Shown one piece after another: positions 1-12,136 of a stretch of 64,000 nt of DNA; the stretch's first letter is position 1; every line of letters starts with the position of its first letter. The DNA is from Moniliella sp. 'wahieum' (taxonomy: Eukaryota). The stretch spans positions 1 to 64,000 of the forward strand of contig RSEE01000088.1 in NCBI GenBank assembly GCA_003971905.1. The letters are read 5' to 3'. Under the pieces are notes generated by a model. It worked only from the letters and a program-made list of their open reading frames with translations, was not told where the DNA came from and did no database searches. Position numbers and translations under genes: made by a program.

Positions 1-28
1 CTAACCCTAACCCTAACCCTAACCCTAA
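1..28. repeat. Telomere repeat tract (CCCTAA)n / (TTAGGG)n, left chromosome end
   Basis: Window starts with CTAA followed by four CCCTAA units, C-rich strand on +, as expected at a left end. Confidence 0.95.
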
Positions 29-30
29 GG

Positions 31-310
31 CGATAGCTCGCTACGAAATCGTCCGCTCTATGCAGCATATGGCCTCCGTTCTCGATTGGACGCACCCTTG
101 ACAAGTTACACCCACCCATCCCTAACCCTACCCACCCCGACCCACAACACCCACCCTCCGATGGCCTCGACGATAGCTCGCTATAAAATCGTCCGCTCTA
201 TGCAGCATATGGCCTCCGTTTTCCCATCGACGCCCCGTTCAAAAGTTACACCCACCCCACCCTAACCCTCACCCCCTCACCCACCCCACCCTAACCCTCA
301 CCCGCCTCAC
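31..310. repeat. Subtelomeric 140-bp tandem repeat (2 copies) with embedded degenerate CCTAACCCT
   Basis: CGATAGCTCGCTA..AAATCGTCCGCTCTATGCAGCATATGGCCTCCGTT occurs at 31 and 171; both copies continue to AAGTTACACCCACCC..CCTAACCCT. A further ~29-bp duplication lies at about 251-315. Confidence 0.9.
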
Positions 311-365
311 CCACCACCATGCCTGACACCCCCCCCGACACACCAAGACCAGGCGTCGCATCACA

Positions 366-1160
366 GTGAGAGTGGTATGGGTGGATAGCTACAGCCTTGG
401 GCTACTCAAACTAACTCACTCCCGTGGTCTTCCAGTCAAAAGTTGTCTCAACCCTGAATGGGTGGGGTGGGCATGCCCTTGTAAGTATCAGGTCGTACCC
501 CAGGTTCAACTCCACCTCGGTCGGTCAATATTGGTCCGACCGGAATGAAACTATCAGGCCTTCTAGACCTCGGTAAGGACTAGAGGCTGCACGAAACAGA
601 TCTGGAATAGGTCGAGGTTTGAGCCCTGTAGGTCGAGTAGAGGGTGATGTCACCGGTCAGACTTCCCACGGACGGTACTCGGTCAGTATTGGTCCGATTG
701 AGATCCGGATCGGTGCTATCGCTTCTCCTGACCCAGCTCTACACACTGAGGTACTTCGATTGTGTCCTGGGGTCGGCGTTGAAGGGTGATGTTCACTCAA
801 CGATATACGGTGACCGGTGATGTATGTCACCCACTTCTCTCCTATGACAGGTACCCGATTCCACAAGGTGATCATGGATCGGAATACTGTGAGCTCATCT
901 ACTGGACTGGGACTAGTGCTGTGGGAAGTGGGAGCTGGAACGGGTCAGGTCCCAAGTTGGCATGGTCACATCCATCCTGGGTACTATGGGTGGGGTCAAG
1001 TTAGGGCGGCGCTGCCCAACAAGGCCAGGCGTCGGATCGGAGTGAGAGTGGTATGGGTGGATAGCTACAGCCTTGTACTACTCAAACTAACTCACTCCCG
1101 TGGTCTTCCAGTCAAAAGTTGTCTTAACCCTGAATGGGTGGGGTGGGCATGCCCTTGTAA
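366..1160. repeat. 119-bp direct repeats (366-484 and 1042-1160) flanking a ~560-bp spacer
   Basis: GTGAGAGTGGTATGGG...GCATGCCCTTGTAA occurs twice, 676 bp apart, with 3 mismatches by eye; weaker similarity extends ~20 bp upstream. Confidence 0.9.
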
Positions 1161-2899
1161 CCCGGTATGATGCCACTACCGCTTCCGCGATCCTGGAGAT
1201 GCACCTTGCTCACCTATTGTCACACAGCACCCTTTGTGGTCACATGCAGGTCATGTACGTGCACGTATGGCGGGAATGTAACGCTTGCATAGTGGCGCAT
1301 ACAAAAAGGGGAAGAATATACTAGCATCTTGCACTTGAACCTCAAATACACAACCGAGCTTCTTCATCGACTTCATCCTACCCACTTTTGCCCCTGTCCA
1401 TCATTGTGAAAGACAGGGGAATCATCGTTAAATCAGCATGACCATCAGCTCTTGAGCAAACTCCACGTGACAGAGTCTGATCCGATCGTTCCCTTCGACT
1501 GCCAAGTTCAGCGCACTTAGTTCTATTAGACCACTCGCGGTTATATATGCGCCGAGCGCTTGCCAGAACGGTTGTTCAGGCTTCTCAAGTGAGCGGATGC
1601 GGTATGCCAGGATTACCGTAGGGGACGATGACGAAGGGGGATCAGGAGGAGACGTCAAATGCACTGAGCAACGTGCGCAAGAGCGGGGCGAGCAAGTCGG
1701 GGAAATACACCAAGTCCGAACAGAGAATGTGCGTGAGCGGGGCAGGACATGCGGCACGCACCGCCGCAGCGTGCACTCCATTGCCCCATGCCAGCGGGGC
1801 CACACGCATCGTCACCCTCCACGCTCCCCGTCGTTGACGCCTTCGTGCACTTGATGGGGAGGAGCAATACCGTTACCAGCGTGATTATCTGGAAACAAGT
1901 GACACCGACAGCATCACCAATCCGCCCGACGGCCGCTTCAACAGTTACGATGATTGAAGCGACCACAGGTGCATGTCCCCCGACACGATCGGTCTGAGAA
2001 GATCACTGTGCTTCGAACAGAGAGCAGACATGGTGGGATGAGCGGGTCCGAGGTCCAAAACGGAGGATCGAACCTTTTAGCAATGCAAACCAAGCCGGTT
2101 GCCAGGCTTCGTCGATGGAGTCACGGGAGGGGGATGGAACAGAAGAGATTTCGGGTAGCGATCCCTTCCATAGCATTACTTGTCGCTGTTGACGGAGCCC
2201 GCATTCCACCAATTGTCAGCATATGGGTGTTTGCATACATTCAGATAATGAACCGGAACCAGGCGTTCCAGGGGAGGTGATGCGCTTTTGGATTGGTCCA
2301 GGATCGAGGTCGGGACACGTCCAATCATCTAACGGAATGTCAAAACGGCGGAGGGAGTCGATGTTGATGGCGCCCGTGCTACACTAATTCGGGACAGACC
2401 AGAGAAAGGATAGTACTGTATTGTGCTCACTTTTGAGGGCTTTCAACAGGGGGCGATACCATTTCCGAATGGTCCGGGATTGAGGACACGTCACGTCCAA
2501 GTAGCCGGGGGCAGGTCGAAACGGGGGATTGTCATTACTGATGGTGCCTGTGCTCCGCCAATTATGGACAGATCTGAGATATGTTAGCGCCGCATTGGAC
2601 ACCACATTGAAGGGTTACGGTTGAAGGCTTGCAGGACAGCTGGTGAGATTCTGGATTGGTCCAGTAATGAGGTCACACCACTTCCCACGAGGTCGGGCCG
2701 CTTCCAGACGGCGCAATGTTCGAACAAACAGCGGCGGCGCACCAGCCGAACTGGGTGGATCTGAGAATGAGAGATGGCGTATGGTTCCCCAGATAGTCCG
2801 CTTTCAGATGCGCACAGGTGGAGGGCAAGGGGATGCACAATGATGCAGAACCGGCATGGGGCGTTGGACGAGGTAGTGGTGGTAGCCAGCTTAGCGTGA

Positions 2900-4450
2900 T
2901 GGGAATCGGCCGAGCCGCTTGAACAGTGTTAATAAGCCCACCGCAGAGCCCAGTATGTCATTCGTACACATATTATCCCACCACATGTCGTACACCTTCC
3001 ACTTACAAGAAGGATACTGCAGGCACCGCATGTATATTGCGAGTGGAATTCGCCGCCGGAGAAAACAGCATGTGCTGATCGATACGATATTCGCGGTAGC
3101 TGTTCTGAAGCTAACCGGGTATGGAGATGGGAAAGTCGTAACATTCACGGCATAGCTCCCATAGGAGCAATGCTCCCATTCACAGCAAGGCAGAACAACA
3201 AAATGAGAACACTGGTGCTGCAGTGCCTGATCACACGTCACTAGTGTGGCCCGCAATTAATCCAGACAACAGTAATATGGGTACCCATTTTGCTCAGTCG
3301 CGACTAACAGAACCATTCAGGTGCAGCGGCTGTTTAGATGCGCAGTGTCACCCCTAGCATACGATCAGTTTTCTCTGCAACGCGTCCACTTGTCTCTATC
3401 TGTTTTCATCTCGTTACAGCAGACACAACCTGGTGTAAAGGTTGATGCGGGAATTAACAACCCTGTCAATCAATAAGTCCGCCAGTCCATCCTGATGTCT
3501 ATTACACTTTGAACGGTGGGCGGGCAGGATAGGAAGTCAGTCCTGGGGGCACCTGGCGGCTGGTTGCTGATTAGGGATTTAGAAGCTGTTTCCTGGACTG
3601 CTCCCACGGGATGCGGTTCATTGCTTGGACTCAAAAAAGGTCTCAAACTGAATCGTTCAGAAGAACGGGTACGATATTTGAAGGAAAACAAAAGCGCATT
3701 GACACATGATCATGGGCCTTTTAGGTAGGAGTGACTGTGGTTCTCTCAACGTTTGTCTGTCTCTCTAACATGCACAGCCCAACACCCAGTAGCATCAATG
3801 GAAGAGGTAAATGGAAACGGTTTATGGAGTAAGGATACGCTTTTGAGGTTTGAGCACGAGTCGAAACAGTGTGTGAGCCGAGAATCACAGACGACTTCGG
3901 CATGAGCTTTCAGGATCATGCCAACATTGGCATCGATATCCATCCTGATGCGCAAGGATCGTTTCAGGATACCTATCCGGAAACGGTCATAAATGCCGAC
4001 GCTGCAGTACCTGCGTTGTGTTTCCACAAAGGATCAGAATTTGTTGAACAAGAAATCTGGGCTCGTACGATTTACTCAATCAATGTATCCAGACCTCAAG
4101 GGCTATCGCTGAGCGAGAAATAATACAACGACTGGCATCATTGGGGTGAGACGGGGATACAGGGTGCACGAAACATTGCAGGAGAACTATTTGTAGGGCA
4201 GGACCAAGGATACATATCGCATCTGTCACTAAGCGTACAGTTTATCAAATCACTACGCCAGGAGTGAGAAAGCGTTGCAGAGTCCAGTGCGCTGCTGTGA
4301 AATTCCTCATCACAAAGGCGCTCGTAGATGGGTAGAATATTGTCAAGACACACTCACTACAGCTCATGCCCTACCGAATAAACTCAGTCACATTCAACTG
4401 GCAGTTCTCTGGACTTCGTCAAAGTATGAGAAACCACATTAGTACCTCTT
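2900..4450 (+). pseudogene. Degenerate subtelomeric gene of unknown family (copy A)
   Basis: Peptide pieces such as APIGAMLPFTARQNNKMRTLVLQC (about 3155-3226) match the opposite-strand copy at 4454-6200; interrupted by stops and frameshifts. Limits approximate. Confidence 0.5.
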
Positions 4451-4453
4451 TAT

Positions 4454-6200
4454 TTAAAGGTTAAGCTTGCTAGAGTGCCAATTGTGGGTAGGGATTCCAC
4501 AGATCAGCTGCAAAAAATCTTCACTTACGCGGTCAAGACAGCGGGGCAAGTCTTCGAACGATATCCTCTTCGCGGTTTGCTCCATAGAGTCACTCCAAAA
4601 GATTGGTTTCTGGACAATTAATGACTGCATATACCGAATTGCATGCGGATACACCTCAATAATACTATTCGTAACGATGGACTGGATTGATTCTTTTCTG
4701 ACTGCCCCGGCGGCAGTAAAAAACAATCACAAGAATATGTCCATATCCAGATAGCCTTACCATATGGTATCGCTCTCTATACCCATCTTCTTATTTTTGC
4801 TTGGGAAATGTATTGGCCGATAGACTGCGTCGTCGGGTAACACAACCCACCAGCCGATGTGGAATGCTCTCAGCAGCTGATTTCGGGTCAGCAGAATAAC
4901 TTACCCGAAAAATGTTTCATCATGAAATCGGCGGATAGAAGGCGTACTGGAAAGGATCACAACGGTCACAACCTAAATAGAGATGGGTGATGCAAGTCGT
5001 TGTGTATAGATCAGACCAGGATGAAATCGATAACGTGTGGCTCAATGTGTTCGGTAGATGGAGAGAAGAAACGACCGCCATCTACCACTAGAGTAATCAA
5101 CGAGCTGGTTAGATTACACGGTTCGGGGAGGTATATGTCCATTGAGACTGCTTGTCCAACCAACACATCAACCGCTCCGTGGCCTGATACCTCCGTTGCC
5201 CAAAGGGTGGCAGTAGTATGCTCATTCACCTATCACCTCTAGAATCAACTTGGACTACTTTCTAGAACATTTCCTTTCCGAAGGGTACTGTTGTGCGAGA
5301 CTGGGGACGAGGCTCAGTATGTATCTGTGGTAATAGAGAACGGCTACTTTTGTCTATAGATGGCAATGTTGCCTGTAGACCCTGATCCTTTGCTCCAGCA
5401 CAGAACCGACTTGGCTGGTCATATTTAGGGAAGCTGCCGAGACGGGCTCGCGCAATATGACAGACACTGTCCCAGAAACCGCGCGGCAGTCTTTGGCAAT
5501 AGGGTGAGCATATGGTGAGGTCGACGACTGCATCCAGGCTGATGTGGATGCGCACACTACTGATCTCTTTTTGAGCTCTGAGGCTTCTCCGACCGGCATG
5601 GTGGTTTCGTAGTTAATGAGGATTCCAGTGAGGTTAATGAGGTTCTTGAGCAAACTCAAGCACACACATCCTCCAGCGTATTGGTGACATGCGACCACTG
5701 GCATTGCAGAAGCAGTGCTCTTATTTTCCTGTTCTTCTCCCTTCCTGTGAATGGGAGCATAGCTCCTAAGGGAGCTAGTATGGGAGCTATGTCAAATGAG
5801 TTATGCAGTGAATGGTTGCCTTTCCTACCTCCATCTCCAGTTCGCTGCACAATTGGCAGCAAAAACGGGCAGTATAGCGTTGAATAGCCAACGATGCTGC
5901 CCCTCTTCCGCAGGCTATGACAGGCGTTGGCAAGTGTGTGCTCTATTCGCCTCCCTAACCCCGATGCCAGAGCTCACTCCCAACTAGACCTAATCTGATC
6001 GTGGCTAGCCAGACCATCAGTGTTACAGGTAACTGTGGGCTCTTCGCCTAAACAACCCATCTTATCCCCGTTGGGTCTAAGCGGACGGGGCATACATTTT
6101 CCATCTCGGCAACCAAGTTCAAGTCCCTTCCGTAAGACTGAAGAGAGGCGTGTACGAACTTTTGAGTCCCTACTGATATTATTCTACTTCAAATATCGTG
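4454..6200 (-). pseudogene. Degenerate subtelomeric gene of unknown family (copy B)
   Basis: Minus-strand ORF pieces 5656-5862, 5262-5555, 5011-5229 and 4454-4726; APLGAMLPFTGREKNRKIRALLLQC is homologous to copy A. Limits approximate. Confidence 0.5.
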
Positions 6201-9200
6201 TCTTTGGGCTTGAGCGCAAGTGTTGAGCTCAAGTTGTGAACTGCCGGTTCTGGACTGTCACGGGCAGACGCCGCCAAAGCACCCGGGGGTGGTTAAGGGG
6301 TACAATCCTTTAGAGATCCTAAGGACGACATAGTAGTCACTACGCGCTTGGGCTGATTGGTGGGTCCGAGCGGAGCTATTAATAACAGATGAGGAGGATG
6401 CACGGGACAACGAAGGAACTGCAGTCAACCTCGTTGGCGCAGAGGGCACAGATGGCGAGGACGACGACCGCACAGACGACTCTGAGACTGAAGATTGATT
6501 TGGCGCCTATACGTTCCAGAGAGCTCATCTCAATGGCAAGCCCCCAAGTCCATATTGACCCATCGCAATGCAAAAAAGTACCCTCGAAGACGATTGCACT
6601 GCATTCGATGGTGCTAGAATAAGTAGTAGTATAAAATGTAATACCTATAGTAACCCAGGGAGAGCGAGCATAGAAGGATCAAATTCGCCAGATACGTCGC
6701 CCAGGGGCACGTCAATAATGACGTTTCTGACGTTCAAGGGGGTGACGTCGGCGACGTATCTGACGTTCAAGGGGATGACATCGAGGACAGAACTGACCTG
6801 CAGGGGGATGACGTTCAGGGTGGTGACATCGACGACGTCACACGACCTGCAGCGCGCTGACAGAATTGCCTCACCCGCGGCAAATTACTCTGAGATCTGA
6901 CGTATTTTATATCAAAAACATAAATGATGTCTTTTGGTGATCCGCTGTGTAGGGACAAGGAGAGGCCTCTCGGCGTATGGCAAAAAGGCGGCTGCAGGTG
7001 TGGCAAGCCTTCGGTCTCAGGGACGGGGAGGATGCAACGGAGGGCCAACTCTGTGGCTGGCCTGGACCTGGACACGACTGGGAGTAGCGTGGCTGTAGAC
7101 GGGGGATCACACGCGGCTGAACTGAGCTGGATCTCTCGCCGTGGCACCTGGGAGGCACGCGCGAACTGGGTTGTCTGAGGGACGGAGACTGAGCTGAAGA
7201 CTGGAACTGGAGGACGAGGGAGAGGGAAACGGAGGAGCAACGAAGAGGAGGGGATGCCTGTACTCAGGGTTGATCAAGTGGCGGGGAGAGTAGAGGAAGA
7301 CGCCAATGGACCGTGGTGAAAACCCACGAACCGTTGCTAACAAACAGGAACAAAAAGGGGAACGGTGGAATGGGGGAAGACCGGGGGACAAGGGAAAACA
7401 GGGAAGATAGTTGTCGCACGGCGAACATAGAAACGTAAGGTAACCACAGCTACGGGGCGACTATCGTCGAGAGACAAATACTGACAATTTGGTGGCCATG
7501 CGGTCGCCACCAATTCGCTAGCGGATGGGCCTAAGTTGAGATCAGATCAGATCGAATCTGACCCCCCACCAATCTGGGGACAGGGTTAGGAAAGCGAGAA
7601 GGGCCCGCGTTGGCTCCGCCGGGCTTGCCAATGCGTCTTCGCCCGTGACACTTGGTCTGTGCTCTCCTTTGAGACCCATTCGCCTTTTAATTATTCCTTT
7701 CTCTTTCTACGTTTTATGTTAAGTTCCAGTCTGTACGACCTTTGTCTCCTATGCTCTTTCCCTTGCGGGTCATTTGTAACAACATCTCCTTGAGAACCCA
7801 TTCTTGATCCACTACCGGCAACACCCGCGCGTTACTCGCTGTGGCACACCAGCAGTCCCACCGACCTACTTCAGCTCCACCTCTGTCTTTCGAAACCCTT
7901 TCTCCGGGTAACTTTTGCCGTCGATCCCCCTCTAACTTTTAGTCCTCTGCACGGGTCCCGCTGCGATCCTACAAGAATTGTGAGTTATTCTGCACCAATA
8001 GGAGATGGCCGACCGTGCCTTTGTCCGCTTCAACCTTCCGGACACTCTTTCAAAGTTCTGCGTCTATACATGCACGTCAGTCCTGCTCGTTCCGGTGCAA
8101 ATTCAACGTTCTCTCAAGAAGAGCCGACGCCCCAATTCAGAGGCATCACCTCGTCTCTGGCTCCGTTTGGATCCCCCAACAATAACGTTCAATAAGCTCG
8201 ATAAACCGTGAGTGGATCCTCCTCCTCCAAAAGAAAGCACCGCTAAACCGCGCGGGTTACCGGTTATGCTCCACAGTTGGGGGCCCGCCCATGACAATAC
8301 TAATCAATGAAGAAGCACTGGAGGCTGTGAGATATGTGAGCCCAGTGACTGCGATGCTATTCCTGGTCTCTGTGAGATATGTAATTTTACGCATCCATTT
8401 CAAAGCGACCACAGTGACATCTTCGGCATTTTTTGTCTTTGGCATTTGGGGTGTGCTGGATGATCGCGCTGATCTCACTCAAATCCTTGATCCCTCTTCT
8501 CCATATCGTATGGGAGTTCTGAATGCCAACCCTTTGTATCCATGACTTCTTCGAAATTCCTGGTGCCCGCCTCATCCATGATACCCCTGTAATCCGCTTA
8601 ATGTGTTCACTGTGTCCAGGATTCCGCTGAAATACTCTACTTCTCGTGCAGTCTGATGGATTTGTCGAACAGCCTGATATAGCTGATAACCCAGGTCTCC
8701 TCTGACTTCAGAGGGATGGATCGCGTCCGGCGACGTCGTTGGACATCCTGTAATCCTTCTCTCCGAATCGGGTCCATGTTGGTGTCTGCAAACAAAAAAT
8801 CACAGGCGAACACAGACGGACATAGTATCGTCTAGCTTCTGTGCCGCGCTCTCTGCTCCACTGCGGAACTGAACCAGTTTGGGCCTCATGAATTATTGCC
8901 TAAGCGAAGAACTCACCTAACAGTAGCTTGATCAGACGGCTCGGGCGTAACAGAAACGTACCCCCACATGTTCAGTGAGGAATACTTTGGGCACGATGAG
9001 TCCTCTTGCAGGGTCTGCATGATCAACACGTCTGTGCCATTTCCTGTCGGTGGCTGAACGATTATTTGAGAAAGAGGACGAGGTCGACGAAGAAAAAAAG
9101 GACGAGGTGAGTGGGTACAACAAACAGTGGACCACCAAGCCCGCAACTTGGGACCACTTTGATCGTTCCATCCTTCTCTATTTGTGAAGGAGATGAACGA

Positions 9201-10172
9201 AGCTGCCTCGAAAAGCAGCAACCTCTCAGTCCTACATTCTTCCCCTTTTGGACCCACCGAGGACCGAGAGGACTATGGGGATCCTGATCCGTATGAAGAA
9301 GAGCAAACTGGTAGGCGCCTCATCTTTTGCTCTGACGCCCGACACCTCTTGGCCCAAGGCCCAAGGTTGTGCAGAGAGGAACGCCGGGGGCGACATGTTG
9401 CGTCATATTCTTTCGTCCCAATACACTGGAGGAATGTGCAGCGCAGCAAGTGGGCGGTGGATCGCTGCGCCGCCTGTCCAACAAGCCGCAACTGGAGTTT
9501 TTCAACGGCCCGGAATGGACCAGCACCAAGTGTTGGACAAGACGATTGAAGCAGGCTTGGAGAAGGACAAGAGGGGAGTGTGGCCGTGTGGCGCGTGGAG
9601 GCGAGGCTGTTCACAAAGCCATGCGAGCCAGCTCACATTGTCGAGGCCAAGATGCTGACTGAGTATGGCGTCTCTTGGTCAATGCCCCCAAACACGCAGT
9701 AAGCCGGGGCGCTGGGCATAAGAGCTGATCGCGCTGTATATGTCACTAGTAATTGGGCTACGTTCATTACGCGCTTATGGTTGAGTTTTGGATTTTGGGG
9801 TCATCAAATGTTGTGCCGCTAAAGGCCCGCGCCGCATAACCACTCGCTGCCACAGTGCCGCACAACATTTCTTTCGCTATGCCTTCGACAAACGCTACTC
9901 TTCGTTACGATTCGTATCGCCAGCAAACTAGCCCTGCCCTACCTACGACAGAGACCGGCATGCCCTTTCCCAGGATTACCACGAACCGATGACCATATGG
10001 CTACCCACACCACACCCTTTCCCTCATATGCTGCATAGCAGGTTGGTGAACATTTTATGCCAATTGAGACATGAGTTGCATGAGTTGCATGAGCAGGGTG
10101 TTTGGCCCAAGTGTTGAAAACAAAATAGCAAGCGAAGCCACACCCCATCCCTGGTCACTCAGGACTCAGGTC

Positions 10173-11423
10173 TTAGGCGCGGTACAGCGCACGACGAGCG
10201 GCGACAACGACCGACTGGGTCGAAGGGAACGCAGCGGCCTCAAGGTTGATTGCGTAGGGCGTGGGCACATCCGCTCCGGTCACGCGCTCCACAGGCGCAT
10301 CGAGGTAGTCAAACCCTTCGCTTTCCATGAGCTGGGCGCAGATTTCCGAGCCAACGCCAAAGGCAGGGAAGCCCGACTCGATGGTTACCAGACGGTTGGT
10401 CTTTTGACGGATTCGACAATGGTGTCGATGTCAAGAGGGCGGATGGAACGGAGGTTGATGACTTCGGCCTCGATGCCTTCCTCCTTCTTCAGTTGCTCGG
10501 CAGCCTCGAGCGCGTGGCCGACGTTGATGCTGTGGGTAACAAGGGTGATGTCCTTGCCGGGCGCATGATCTTCGCCTTGCCAATCGGCAGGACAAAGTCG
10601 TCCGACAGAATCTCGGGCGTGACAGGGAAGGAATGGCCATAGAGGATTTCGTTCTCCAAGAACACGACCGGGTTCGGGTCGCGAATTGCGGCCTTGAGCA
10701 GACCACGAGCATCTTCCACATCGTAGGGCGAGAGTACCTTGAGACCGGGGATCTGACCGTACCAGCTCGAGTAGTCCTGCGAGTGCTGGGCAGCCACACC
10801 GGCCGCAGCGCCGTTGGGACCACGGAACACGATGGGGCAGGTAGCCACACCGCCGCTCATGTAGTGGACCTTGGCGCCCGAGTTGATGATCTGGTCAATG
10901 CCCTGCATGCAAAGCTAACCCAAACAAACAAGCCAAGAAGTGCAACCAGTCAGTTAGTTACCTTCCCACTGCTCCTCCCGCTGGGGGTACAGACAGGTAC
11001 ATACTTGAACGTCATGAACTCGCAGATGGGCTTAAGACCCGACAGGGCGGCGCCGACGACGAGGCCGCTGAAGCCGGCCTCGGTAATGGGCGAGTCGATG
11101 ACGCGCTTGGAACCGAACTTGTCGAGCAGGCCGCGGGTGACCTTGTAGGCGCCGTTGTACTCGGCGACCTCTTCACCGAGGATAAAGACCTTCTCGTCGC
11201 GCAGCATCTCCTCCTCCATGGCGCTGTTGAGTGCGTCGCGGACGGTGAGCTCCTTGGGCGCATCGGCGGCGCCCGAGGCGTGGCGGACGCGCAGCGGGGT
11301 GGGGAGGGCGGTGAGGCGGGTGGCGTGGCGGGCCAGGGCGAGGGTGCTGGGGGCAGCGGTCGCCGTCGCACGCGAGGCGGCGAAGGCAGCACGGGGAGCA
11401 GCACGGAGCGCAGAGGCGAGCAT
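10173..11423 (-). CDS. PDB1: Pyruvate dehydrogenase E1 beta subunit, mitochondrial
   Basis: Ala/Arg-rich presequence, [64 protein letters not shown]. Intron 11004-10915 (GTATGT..TAG). Several 1-nt frameshifts. Confidence 0.97.
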
Positions 11424-12136
11424 GGCGACGAGGGAGTGGGCCGGGGGTGGTGCGGGAGAAGAAGGGAAGGGAAGGGAAGGGAACGAGCGGCGGGCTGCGC
11501 ACACGCCCGAGCGTGCGCTGGCGTGTGCGGGCGAGTGCGGGCTGGCGGAGGCACGCTGTGGTGCCCCGGGCAGCCGCGACGGTTCTCTTTGCTGCTGGGC
11601 CCAACGCACCCCAGCGCAGCACGCAGCACTGGCGCCGTGCGGGCCGCCAACCCGAGCACCCCCATCAAACTCTGGTGGCTGCGTCGGTCGCACGGCGCCT
11701 GTGTGGGCAGCCAGTGCCCCCGTGCAGGCGGATGGTTTTTTGTATAAGCGATCGTCGCCGCCTTTATTCCCGCCGTGCTGTGGGTTTGGCCTTGGGCGCT
11801 TTGGGGCCTGTTTTTGGGCAGACGCTGCCCTGGACAAATTTGCCGTTTCCCACCCACCCGTCTTCCCCGGCGCACCCACATGTGCATGTTCCTGTGGCGT
11901 CCTTACTCTTCCTTCCTCTGGCCCTTCGCGCGCGCTCAGATCTTACACCGTTACATCACACCTGTCACCTGTCACCCGTCACCGGTCACCCGTCACCGGT
12001 CACCCTTCCTCCTACCTCTGCCCTCCACACACCCACTGCACAAAGCGAGACACACTCAATGGTGCACAATGATTAATGATCGATGTAGAACCGAGAAAAC
12101 AGCCCAAGCGAACGCGACAGCGACCCCCCCTCGCGA

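Noticed and set aside
1300..7300. Telomere-linked RecQ helicase expected in fungal subtelomeres
   Set aside because: No Walker A, DEAH or QxxGRxGR motifs were seen in the frames inspected.
8950..9660. PTCSVRNT..GHDE resembling a CRE-element zinc knuckle
   Set aside because: Needs a frameshift, and no RT or endonuclease motif was found nearby; too weak to call.
9807..9870. 11-bp inverted repeat AAATGTTGTGC / GCACAACATTT
   Set aside because: Single short occurrence with no TSD or second copy; cannot support a MITE call.
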